From positions 172,431-236,430 of IMG/VR virus record IMGVR_UViG_2162886007_000107: a DNA stretch of 64,000 bases, one strand, 5' to 3'. A model generated the notes under the pieces. It saw only the letters and a list, made by a program, of their open reading frames with translations, had not been told where the DNA came from and searched no databases. Positions 17,592 to 26,075 of the stretch are shown here, one piece after another; positions within the stretch are counted from its first letter, which is position 1; every line of letters starts with the position of its first letter. The translations under genes were made by a program, and so were the position numbers.

Positions 17592-18161
17592 ATGAAAATT
17601 GTCGGTATTGTTTTTGGTGTGCTGCTGGCCTTTGCGGTTGTAGCCGGTGGTTCTGTGTTCCTGGCTTACCAGTCGATGTATGACACCGCGGTAGGCTTCG
17701 AGAACAACATCAAGAAGCTGGACAAGCAAAGTGAAGCTTCGCTGTCGTCCACTACCATCAAGATCCAGAACGCTGTGGGTCTGACCGCTCAATACACCGA
17801 ATCCCTCAAGGAAGTGGTGCGTGCTGCGGTCGAAGGCCGTTACGGTAAGGACGGTAGTAAAGCTACCATGCAGTGGATCCAGGAACAAAATCCGGTTTAC
17901 GATTCGAAAGTGATTCTGAAAGTTCAAGACATCATCGATGGTGGTGGTAGTGAATTCAAGATCACTCAGGATCGCAAGATCGAAGAATGTACCAAATACG
18001 AAACTTCTCGTGATTCCCTGGTTCGTGGCTTCTTCCTGCGCCTGGCTGGCTTCCCGAAGAAAGACGTCGAAGACATGTGTAAAGTGATCTCCGACGCTTC
18101 CACTCGTGAGGCCTTCTCGACTGGTCTGCAAAAACCAGTGATTCAAGCACCAAGCAAGTAA
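17592..18161 (+). CDS. LemA-like membrane-anchored coiled-coil protein
   Basis: N-terminal TM; YDTAVGFENNI and EQNPVYDS...KVQDII...KYE...FFLRLAGFP resemble the LemA pattern. Confidence 0.6.
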   Translation: MKIVGIVFGVLLAFAVVAGGSVFLAYQSMYDTAVGFENNIKKLDKQSEASLSSTTIKIQNAVGLTAQYTESLKEVVRAAVEGRYGKDGSKATMQWIQEQNPVYDSKVILKVQDIIDGGGSEFKITQDRKIEECTKYETSRDSLVRGFFLRLAGFPKKDVEDMCKVISDASTREAFSTGLQKPVIQAPSK

Positions 18162-18172
18162 TACCGCAGTAA

Positions 18173-18212
18173 ACTACCTAGAGGGTCTGGCCCTCTAGGT
18201 AGTATTTATTTT
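18173..18212 (+). terminator. intrinsic terminator
   Basis: ACTACCTAGAGGG/CCCTCTAGGTAGT stem plus ATTTATTTT. Confidence 0.8.
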
Positions 18213-18236
18213 CTTAACCAAAAGAGTACTTTGTTT

Positions 18237-18704
18237 ATGAATGCACTAATACAGCGAGCTAAAGATTACCTTTTTGGTAAAACCACTGTCGAGAAGATCC
18301 CTTCCTACGACAAAGAACAAATCAACAAGGAACTGGCAGTAGAGTTACAAGAAACGCTCAAGGTCGATCTGATCATGCAAGCCAAGACCGTTCCGTTATC
18401 AACGCTGGACGGCAAGCCAAACCCACAATGGGTAAAGATCTTCAAGCTGGGATTCCCCAACCTGCTCGAAGAAGAAATCAAAGCCAAGCAACTGGAACTT
18501 ATCCAGGCGGAAGTTGCAATCATCGATGCCTTCCTCGATAAGGAAGATGTCGAGGTAGATGACAGTTGGATCGACGACCTGAACCCCGAAGTCAAGATGG
18601 ACGACCTGGGTTACTGGCATGTGAAGATCAACGGTCAGTGGTGCGCTATCGCCAGTAGTACGGCAAGCGGCCACTCCATCAGAGACACGTTGTTCAATCG
18701 ATAA
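18237..18704 (+). CDS. hypothetical protein
   Basis: About 155 aa; GKPNPQWVK motif. Confidence 0.7.
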   Translation: MNALIQRAKDYLFGKTTVEKIPSYDKEQINKELAVELQETLKVDLIMQAKTVPLSTLDGKPNPQWVKIFKLGFPNLLEEEIKAKQLELIQAEVAIIDAFLDKEDVEVDDSWIDDLNPEVKMDDLGYWHVKINGQWCAIASSTASGHSIRDTLFNR

Positions 18705-18718
18705 GCAATACCAGGGCA

Positions 18719-18746
18719 CTCCTAACCTCCGCAAGGAGGTTAGGAG
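18719..18746. terminator. hairpin between convergent genes
   Basis: CTCCTAACCTCC-GCAA-GGAGGTTAGGAG. Confidence 0.75.
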
Positions 18747-18769
18747 CATCTGATATATTATTTTTTACT

Positions 18770-19480
18770 TTAGAAAGGTTGTGGGGTGTAATCACCAACA
18801 TATCTGGCAAAGTTAGAAAAACGAATACGTCCGAAGTTACCTGGATAGCAACGGTTCGTGGCGTTAAAGTACCCAAGATACATTTTGGTAACTGTAGGTA
18901 AAGCTTGGGTTTTATTAAAAAGACTTTGTTTGGTGCCGTTAACTGTACCGTTCTCTAAGAGTTGTCTTACTCCATTTAACATTACAAAAAAGTAACTTCC
19001 TTTACGTACCAAAGCCCAGCGATTAAGTTGACCAATTACTTGGGTTTTAGTAGAGCTTGGTCTCCAGATACGAGCATTGTTCCAATCAGAGGCGTTGAAC
19101 TGATTACGTTCTTGGTACCCGCCATCTGTCCAACGGCAACCTATCGGAAAACCTGCGGTATTAGTGATATCCATGAAAAGCTCAGTCGCATAACCTGACT
19201 GGTAAGCGTTCCAAATAGACGACCATTCCAAGGTCCAATTCTGCATAGTCTCTAAATCTAATGCCGTCGGTAATGTAATTAGGACACCAGAGTTAACCGA
19301 AGAAGTTTTAAGAGTGGATTGCCCGTCAATTAAAACAGCGGGGTCTACTTCAGTAGCTGTTTTAATTGCACCTACAACCGTGTCGCTAATCAAATCTTTA
19401 TTTGTAGCGGGGTCGTATAAAAAGAGGACGTCACCAGTTTGGGGTTCTTCTGCCTTGGTACCTCCAAGAAGCTCGATCAT
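18770..19480 (-). CDS. putative virion protein, ConA/LamG-like lectin fold
   Basis: MIELLGG start; WTLEW, LNRWALVRKGSYFFVMLNG and FGRIRFSNFARY are typical of LamG-like domains. Confidence 0.6.
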   Translation of the reverse strand: MIELLGGTKAEEPQTGDVLFLYDPATNKDLISDTVVGAIKTATEVDPAVLIDGQSTLKTSSVNSGVLITLPTALDLETMQNWTLEWSSIWNAYQSGYATELFMDITNTAGFPIGCRWTDGGYQERNQFNASDWNNARIWRPSSTKTQVIGQLNRWALVRKGSYFFVMLNGVRQLLENGTVNGTKQSLFNKTQALPTVTKMYLGYFNATNRCYPGNFGRIRFSNFARYVGDYTPQPF

Positions 19481-19528
19481 GTTATTTCTCACTAGGGTAG
19501 GTATAAATGGGACATCCCATAAAGTTGC

Positions 19529-19568
19529 CTTAACTCTTGAAAAAATTCAAACCTAGATTATTAGGGTA
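19529..19568 (+). promoter_or_regulatory. variant early promoter (CTTAACTC...CTAGATTATTAGGGTA)
   Basis: Same spacing of the TTAAC element and core as the canonical copies. Confidence 0.5.
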
Positions 19569-19586
19569 ACAGTACAAGAGGTAATT

Positions 19587-20186
19587 ATGAACATTAACGA
19601 ACTGCGCGTCGAAATTGTCAAAGAATTTTCCCCTGTATGGGAACTTAACGATAGAGCCCATCGAGTTGAACATTTTGAAGAAGTGTTCAACTGTGGTGTA
19701 GCAATCAACGAAAAGCTGAATCTGGGTTTCGATCCAAAGTTGATTCTCTTTGCTGCTTATTTCCACGATATGTTTGCGTGGAGTCGTAACAATCATCATG
19801 AACTCAGTTTTCACTGGATGATGTCTACGGATAACAAGTTGATTCTGGATAACTTGAATCCTCGTGAAACAATGATTGTGGCGTGGGGTTGTCAGCAACA
19901 TCGTGCTTCGTTTAAAGGCAACTTCAAAAGCGTGTTCTGCGAACTGATCAATTCTGCTGATCGTGGTTTTCCTGGTGACGTTGGGGCTATGTTGAATCGA
20001 GCTGTTCAATTCAGGGAGAAGAAATTTCCCGAGATGACACCGGGTGAACGTGTAGCAGGTGCTGTAAATCACCTGAAAGAAAAGTACGGTACTGGAGGTT
20101 ATGCTCGCTATACCGAAATGTATTTGGAAGTGTTCGGTGATCAGCTTTATCAACAGCGCGCTGATATAGACACTTTGCATTGTTAA
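19587..20186 (+). CDS. HD-domain phosphohydrolase
   Basis: H...H (AHRVEH), FHD, QHR and NSAD metal-binding pattern. Confidence 0.8.
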   Translation: MNINELRVEIVKEFSPVWELNDRAHRVEHFEEVFNCGVAINEKLNLGFDPKLILFAAYFHDMFAWSRNNHHELSFHWMMSTDNKLILDNLNPRETMIVAWGCQQHRASFKGNFKSVFCELINSADRGFPGDVGAMLNRAVQFREKKFPEMTPGERVAGAVNHLKEKYGTGGYARYTEMYLEVFGDQLYQQRADIDTLHC

Positions 20187-20196
20187 GGAGATTATT

Positions 20197-20736
20197 TTGA
20201 ACAAATGGCCAGCTCCTCTTCCTCGTCACCCGCACGTAACCAACCATTTTCCTCAGATGGATCTTCGTGCAATGATGCCTATTATCGAAATCGATAAAGA
20301 AGGGTATCCTGTTAACAGCGGTTTTAGCTTTCTGTCTGGTGTGCAGGCTGACGCAGAAAAAGCTACCAAGAATCGCCCTCTGCAAATCGGGAAGACTGTA
20401 GTCCCTCCATTCGATCCATTCCATGATCACCTGACTACATTGATCCTCAAAGATCCTCAGGTTATGTGGCATGTTAATCGGCTGAACGCATTGCAAGAAA
20501 TTTCACAGACTCCTCTTGGCTATATGTGTAAAAACATGGCCAAGTCGTTCATTAAAGATTTCTGTGGCGAAAATCAGTTGCGGCAAATGTCTGCAAGGTC
20601 CAGCTGGATAATCTCGGATGAAGAAGCAAGTAAGTTGCGTGATGTTCTCACGCATCCTACTCCTTACGTATGTCCTTACCCTGATACGCAAGTATTGGGA
20701 TATGACAGATTCGGTACACCTAAAAAGGATAGTTAA
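20197..20736 (+). CDS. hypothetical protein
   Basis: AAGGAG RBS with TTG start. Confidence 0.65.
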   Translation: MNKWPAPLPRHPHVTNHFPQMDLRAMMPIIEIDKEGYPVNSGFSFLSGVQADAEKATKNRPLQIGKTVVPPFDPFHDHLTTLILKDPQVMWHVNRLNALQEISQTPLGYMCKNMAKSFIKDFCGENQLRQMSARSSWIISDEEASKLRDVLTHPTPYVCPYPDTQVLGYDRFGTPKKDS

Positions 20737-20738
20737 TT

Positions 20739-21182
20739 ATGACTCGTATGCGTAATGTAATTCGTGGTGCTGATAAAGATGTTTTTGATAAAGCTTTCGA
20801 CGCTTTTAACAAAGACGCCCAAATCGCAAAAGGTGAGTTTTATATCAGTGGTATCGTCGCCACCGGTGACGTTACCCGGCATTTCATTCTGGAAGGCCTG
20901 GAGCTACGTCGTGAAACCAAGGACCGCATAATGTCTGCTATCGAAGCTAACCGTTATAAGCCTTCGATAGTAGAGGTAAATAATGCAAAAAATCATTTGG
21001 GACGGCTCAACGATATCGCTAAAGGTCTGGGCGGAGCGACTCATTTGATTAAGTCTTCCGCAAAGATCGTTGCTAAAGGCTCCATGGATAAACTGGGCCA
21101 TGATGAGCCGGTACAAAGTGTTACTCGGAACATCGGGGAACTGGAAGCCACCATCCGTGGCGTTAAACAGTGTTTCCACTAA
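20739..21182 (+). CDS. hypothetical protein
   Basis: AAGGA RBS; 147 aa. Confidence 0.7.
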   Translation: MTRMRNVIRGADKDVFDKAFDAFNKDAQIAKGEFYISGIVATGDVTRHFILEGLELRRETKDRIMSAIEANRYKPSIVEVNNAKNHLGRLNDIAKGLGGATHLIKSSAKIVAKGSMDKLGHDEPVQSVTRNIGELEATIRGVKQCFH

Positions 21183-21199
21183 GTCTCGGGGAGTTTTAA

Positions 21200-21520
21200 A
21201 TGACCGAGGGTGACAAGCCAGAACCTATTCTGATCTCCTCTAAAGGAGAAATGAATACGCAAGCCTGGTGTGCATGGCATCGTGAAAAGTTCAAGAGTAC
21301 TGTCCATCGGGCTCAGATGGCTTTCAATGAGAAAGTCCAGTGCATGCCTGAGCCCGAGATGATCCTTAAAGGAAACAAGGTTAATCCTGTCTGGGTCAAA
21401 TGGTATCGCATGCGCAAAAAGGTTTCTACTAACGTCGCAATATCTGTAGCCCGCAGAAGGCAAACGGCTATTGCAGAAGGTAGAAAACCATTGGAAGAAC
21501 ACCTTACAGCCTGGTGGTAA
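21200..21520 (+). CDS. hypothetical protein, NPxW-motif family
   Basis: KVNPVWVKWYRMRKKVSTNVA. Confidence 0.7.
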   Translation: MTEGDKPEPILISSKGEMNTQAWCAWHREKFKSTVHRAQMAFNEKVQCMPEPEMILKGNKVNPVWVKWYRMRKKVSTNVAISVARRRQTAIAEGRKPLEEHLTAWW

Positions 21521-21522
21521 AT

Positions 21523-21891
21523 ATGCGTGACCATAAACATTTCAAAGGTCCCCTGCCAGTTTTTAATCTGGTTCTTACAGAAGAGATGAAGGAAATTATG
21601 GATAAGAATACTCCGGCAGAAGCTTACGCAAAAGGTCTGCTTGATCCTGAAAAAGTTCAGGCAGTTGAAGTTGATCTCAGTGGGTTCAACGTCAGCCGTC
21701 ACGTCAACTATGAGTCGGCCAAGCAACACGGTTTCGAAGGCACGCCTCATCGCTGGGAGCAAGTCAAGCACAAATACGCTACTGACATGCTCGAAAAGTT
21801 TGGTCCAGATCACCGTATCGATTTCAACAATCTGTTGATCGGTACCGATAACTGGTTTGAATTCCCACCGGAACATCAACAAGGGTTCTGA
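21523..21891 (+). CDS. hypothetical protein
   Basis: Operon packing; 122 aa. Confidence 0.65.
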   Translation: MRDHKHFKGPLPVFNLVLTEEMKEIMDKNTPAEAYAKGLLDPEKVQAVEVDLSGFNVSRHVNYESAKQHGFEGTPHRWEQVKHKYATDMLEKFGPDHRIDFNNLLIGTDNWFEFPPEHQQGF

Positions 21892-21893
21892 TC

Positions 21894-22517
21894 ATGAATC
21901 TGCAAGACATTGTGAACGCAACTCTCCTCGGCACTTTCCAAGGTAACCGTGAGGAATTTGCTCTCGACTGCTTTAAGAAGTACGAAGTTGAAGAACCGGC
22001 CTTGTTTCTCAAGAAGCACGTCTCTGTCAACCAGTGGTGGGTTCTTTGGTACATGGCAAAGAACGACGTAGACCGCTTCAAAGCAGCCATGGCCATCATG
22101 CCCCGTTGTAAGGAACTGGCTGCCGATCCAAAAGCCTTTCACTGGTTGCGTCGCCATTGCCAACAGCGTCTGGCTCTTCGTAACCGGATCAAACGCCAGT
22201 ACCAAGCACTGAAAGAAGGGGGTTCTGGCATACCGCTAGATGACATGGTGGAAAATGCGCTTGGGGAACGCATGACCAAGAAAGATAACTTTGAAACAGA
22301 AATCATCTTCCAGGCCGATCTGGTTCCTAAGCATCGTTTCAAGCTTACGGACATGCATGGAGGCAAAGGCGTGATCGTTAAGGTTATCCCTAATGATCAA
22401 CTCCCGAAAGACCGCAATGGCAAGGTTGCGGACATTACCCTCCACGACTACCCGTCTTCTCCGTTCCGTCGTCCTGAAGGCGACAGCTGGATTAGCAATC
22501 TTCCCCGCAAGAAATAA
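21894..22517 (+). CDS. NPxW-family protein fused to an RNA polymerase beta-like fragment
   Basis: VNQWWVLWYM in the N-terminal half; C-terminal FKLTDMHGGKGVIVKVIPNDQLPKDRNGKVADI. Confidence 0.7.
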   Translation: MNLQDIVNATLLGTFQGNREEFALDCFKKYEVEEPALFLKKHVSVNQWWVLWYMAKNDVDRFKAAMAIMPRCKELAADPKAFHWLRRHCQQRLALRNRIKRQYQALKEGGSGIPLDDMVENALGERMTKKDNFETEIIFQADLVPKHRFKLTDMHGGKGVIVKVIPNDQLPKDRNGKVADITLHDYPSSPFRRPEGDSWISNLPRKK

Positions 22518-22569
22518 AAACGCTGTAACCTTACAAACTGTTGGCTACATTTCTTATTAGGAGTTTCAC

Positions 22570-23001
22570 ATGTTCAAGAAAGTAATCTTGGTAGTAGCGC
22601 TGTTCCCTACTCTGGCTTTTGCTGCATTGTCTAACAATCGTGTCATCGACAGTGCTCCGGTGTTGAACTCGTTTACTTGCCAGAAATACACCGACAATGA
22701 ACTGAGCATGGAACAAGGATATCTGACCGATAACCCGGCGACCGATCTGGTCTTCAATATCGATCAGACCAAATACGAGTTCATCGTTAAGAAGAACGAT
22801 CTACTCAAGAAAGATATTCGCCTCACCATTCCTGAAGGCGGAAACATCAGTGGCATGTCTGGCAATGCCCACGAAATGATGTTCAAGCGAATCGACGGTG
22901 ATGACAAGCCGTATTTCGTTATCTACTTCACCAACTCCGATCCAAAGTCGGATGGTGGTATCAATCGCGCGGTATTCATCGCCAAGTGCGACAAGGGTTA
23001 A
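22570..23001 (+). CDS. putative exported/periplasmic protein
   Basis: AGGAG RBS; signal peptide MFKKVILVVALFPTLAFA; two Cys. Confidence 0.75.
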   Translation: MFKKVILVVALFPTLAFAALSNNRVIDSAPVLNSFTCQKYTDNELSMEQGYLTDNPATDLVFNIDQTKYEFIVKKNDLLKKDIRLTIPEGGNISGMSGNAHEMMFKRIDGDDKPYFVIYFTNSDPKSDGGINRAVFIAKCDKG

Positions 23002-23004
23002 GTC

Positions 23005-24156
23005 ATGAACTTTATTACCGATACTGATCCAAGCCAAACGTTTTCAATTGTTACCACTATCAATGGTAGCGCCCAAGACATCCAGCGTTGCAACCTGGAC
23101 CTGATCCCACTCGTTGAACATCTGCTCGACGGGTTCCGTGAAGAAACCTCCCTCCGCCACTTCGTGGATGTGCAGGATCGTTTCTTTGTTGCGATCGAGA
23201 ACTCCACCGGTTTGGCGGTCGCATTGCTGGTGTTGACGAAGGAGACTGTAAAGTTTCTTTACGTACACAAGCCTTACCGTCGCCAGGGCCTGGCCACCAA
23301 ACTGTACAAGGAAGCAGTCGAGTATGGTGAAAAACAACCATACTTTGTTTTCATGTACAACCCTGTGGTAAAGGAGGCCGGGAAGTTCTTGACCTCTATC
23401 GGCGCGCTGGATGCCTTTTTGCAAGATTCAGCAGAAGGTGTGTCAGGCGGGAAAGTTCTCGTCCATACCCGTCGTGTCTATCTGAAGCCTGGCGGCTTAC
23501 ATCAACCAAAACACAAGCCTTGGGAGTTGCACGGTCTTCCGGTTAATGTGCATTTGGAGTTTTCTAGCCAGACTACAACTAACCTGAACGTCAAAACCCA
23601 GCTGGCAGAAATGATCAAGCTGTTGAAAGAAGAGGTCGGTGACACTGAAGCTACCACTGAACAAAATTATATTTTGGCAGTGGAGTACCCGAGCAATACT
23701 CCGATCGGTTTCCTTACAGCAGAACAGTCTTTTGCCTGCCGACGGTTAACCGGTGTTTGGATCAAGCCGGAATATCGTCGTAAGAACATTGCAACTGTTT
23801 TGGTTGCAACTCTTATTTCGTATGGCACCCTGGACGACGCCACCATGGCTGCTGTCGGTGTAAACAATTTGGCAGCTCGTGAGTTCTTTGGGTATGTTGG
23901 ATTTGAGCCCACCAATCTCAGTCCAAATAAACAAGAACAGTTTTACAGAATGACCAATGGGGATCTGAAACGCCAAGAGTACCTTTGTAAAGATCGTCAA
24001 ACAATCATCGACTCCAAGAGCTACGTGTATTGGGACGGTCCTGAAGAAGTAACTCTTGACGGCAGTTACAACCTGACTGAACTGAAGGCGCTTGTTCGTT
24101 TCATCGAGAACGGTGGTCCTGGTAAGGGTCACAAGAAACACGAAGAAATCTTTTAA
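23005..24156 (+). CDS. tandem GNAT acetyltransferase (two domains)
   Basis: Motif A twice: LYVHKPYRRQGLA and VWIKPEYRRKNIA. Confidence 0.8.
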   Translation: MNFITDTDPSQTFSIVTTINGSAQDIQRCNLDLIPLVEHLLDGFREETSLRHFVDVQDRFFVAIENSTGLAVALLVLTKETVKFLYVHKPYRRQGLATKLYKEAVEYGEKQPYFVFMYNPVVKEAGKFLTSIGALDAFLQDSAEGVSGGKVLVHTRRVYLKPGGLHQPKHKPWELHGLPVNVHLEFSSQTTTNLNVKTQLAEMIKLLKEEVGDTEATTEQNYILAVEYPSNTPIGFLTAEQSFACRRLTGVWIKPEYRRKNIATVLVATLISYGTLDDATMAAVGVNNLAAREFFGYVGFEPTNLSPNKQEQFYRMTNGDLKRQEYLCKDRQTIIDSKSYVYWDGPEEVTLDGSYNLTELKALVRFIENGGPGKGHKKHEEIF

Positions 24157-24166
24157 TAAACCTTAA

Positions 24167-24196
24167 TAGCAGAGTACCCCTAGGGGTACTCTGTTT
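24167..24196 (+). terminator. hairpin nearly identical to 4411-4440
   Basis: TAGCAGAGTACCCC-TA-GGGGTACTCTG. Confidence 0.65.
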
Positions 24197-24215
24197 CACT
24201 TTGAGAGTATTTTTT

Positions 24216-24911
24216 ATGAACGGCGAAATCCCTAAAGACTATCTGGCTATTCCTTTGCAAGAAGGTCGTACTGTTCGCAGTATCAACGTTGCTGTTATCC
24301 AAAAGGATTTCGGTGACATGCTCAAAGAGCAGCGTTATACCAACATGCATCATGCTCTTGTTTCTTTGTTTGTAATGCGTAATCAAGAAGTAGCTCCGAG
24401 CAATGAAGTTTTTGTTATTAGCGCGCTGGAGCATTACATCAAACACACCACCCACATTTATTTGGCTTTGACCGAAGAGAATGTGGTTATCGGCTATGCC
24501 TTGGCCGATAAAGCTTACGTACATGACATTTTTGTCGCAAAAGAATATCGTCGTGATCGCATCGGCATTAGCCTGGTCAACATGATCATGCACAAAAACC
24601 AGGAAGCCGAATACGTCAACTTCCTCAGCAAACGGGAAAAGAAAGAGCCTTGCGAAAGTTACTTCTTCAGTAAGCTTGAGGCCAGTCACCCGCACTGTGG
24701 ATACAACAACGATCATTTCAAGCATTCGCATCAAGTGGTTAACCAGGTCGCTCGTCGGGAAAAGGCCCGCAAAGAAATCACCGGACGTTTGGCTGTATTG
24801 GCTGCAGATTACGAGGTTGTCCAAGGTAAGGTTAAACTGGATGGCCTATTTAGTGTCAAACAATTGCACCTGCTCGCTGAATTGGCCGAGCTTGAAGAAG
24901 GAACGCGTTAA
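24216..24911 (+). CDS. GNAT acetyltransferase
   Basis: VIGYA...DIFVAKEYRRDRIG. Confidence 0.75.
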   Translation: MNGEIPKDYLAIPLQEGRTVRSINVAVIQKDFGDMLKEQRYTNMHHALVSLFVMRNQEVAPSNEVFVISALEHYIKHTTHIYLALTEENVVIGYALADKAYVHDIFVAKEYRRDRIGISLVNMIMHKNQEAEYVNFLSKREKKEPCESYFFSKLEASHPHCGYNNDHFKHSHQVVNQVARREKARKEITGRLAVLAADYEVVQGKVKLDGLFSVKQLHLLAELAELEEGTR

Positions 24912-25549
24912 TGGAATTTAAACACTTCAAACGAATTAAAGATCTGGTCGATGGTGAACTAGCTTTCTCCAATGGGTGGATGGATTATCGTCAGAAGCTA
25001 ATGTGCTTTGTAACTCGGCATGATGGTCTGGATCCGATTGAAGATCACCAATATGCTACAAACTATTTTGGTCAACTAATCCGTGGTTACGATATCAAAG
25101 ACGTCGTAATTGCTCTGGACGATAACGACGAGATCATCGGGTTTATCTGGGGCGACAATGGCGACATTGGTTTGGTGAAGGTTCCCCTAGCTTTGCGTCG
25201 TAAGCAGATCGCTACCAAAATGCTTAAACTGTATTTGGAGAAGACCGAGCCAAAAGCCGGTAAGTACGAATACTACTCTCACTGGTTCCATGAAGATGTA
25301 GGCCTGGCCAAGCTTTTTCTTGCACAAGGGTTTACTATCACCAGTATCCATGATGTCCAGTCGCCCACGCTGACTCGCATCATTGCAACCAAAGCAGCTC
25401 CTGATGATTTTCATGAGAAGCGTTTGGATGCTGCTGATCGTGGATATGTTGACTTCCGTGAGGATTATGCGGTGGTTGATGGTCATTACACGTTGGATCA
25501 ACTGGAGTCTCTGCTCGTGCTTGCACGTAAGGAACTGAAAGGTGGTTAA
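24911..25549 (+). CDS. GNAT acetyltransferase
   Basis: IIGFI...LVKVPLALRRKQIATKML...FLAQGF. Confidence 0.7.
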   Translation: MEFKHFKRIKDLVDGELAFSNGWMDYRQKLMCFVTRHDGLDPIEDHQYATNYFGQLIRGYDIKDVVIALDDNDEIIGFIWGDNGDIGLVKVPLALRRKQIATKMLKLYLEKTEPKAGKYEYYSHWFHEDVGLAKLFLAQGFTITSIHDVQSPTLTRIIATKAAPDDFHEKRLDAADRGYVDFREDYAVVDGHYTLDQLESLLVLARKELKGG

Positions 25550-26075
25550 GAATAACCAGTGGTTGGGTTCGTATTACAAAGTTCGGATGTTTCACAAGGA
25601 CGCTCTGTGTGAACGCACAAAGCAATTACTTTGTAATGCGTGGAATGACCTTACCAAACACGAAATGCGTCTGGTACTGCGTCACGAAGCCATTGCAAAG
25701 GTCTTTGAGCAACATGTCGGGGAACATACTTCATTTGGTCGTGATTCAGAGAAGTTCCATGCTTATTTGGCAGATGTGGAGTGGGTTTACATTATTGAAC
25801 GGATAGGTGTTCCTGGTGTCAGTGCTTTCATGGCTGTTACCAAGGATCAACAAATCCTTTCTCTATTTGTGGCTCCTCCATACCGCGGGAAGAAGCTAGG
25901 GACGTATCTGGTAAACAACCATCTGGAGATCTTCGGCAAGCCGGTGTCGTTGCAGTGCTTTAAGTTTAATGAACTAGCTTTAAAGTTCTACTCGTTCATT
26001 GGCTTCAAAGCCAGCTATGTGGCTAGCCGTGAAAATAATGGTGATCTGTATGACACACTGGTTCGTATGGTTTAA
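25542..26075 (+). CDS. GNAT acetyltransferase
   Basis: LFVAPPYRGKKLG...NELALKFYSFIGF; start could be ATG 25587. Confidence 0.8.
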   Translation: MVKNNQWLGSYYKVRMFHKDALCERTKQLLCNAWNDLTKHEMRLVLRHEAIAKVFEQHVGEHTSFGRDSEKFHAYLADVEWVYIIERIGVPGVSAFMAVTKDQQILSLFVAPPYRGKKLGTYLVNNHLEIFGKPVSLQCFKFNELALKFYSFIGFKASYVASRENNGDLYDTLVRMV

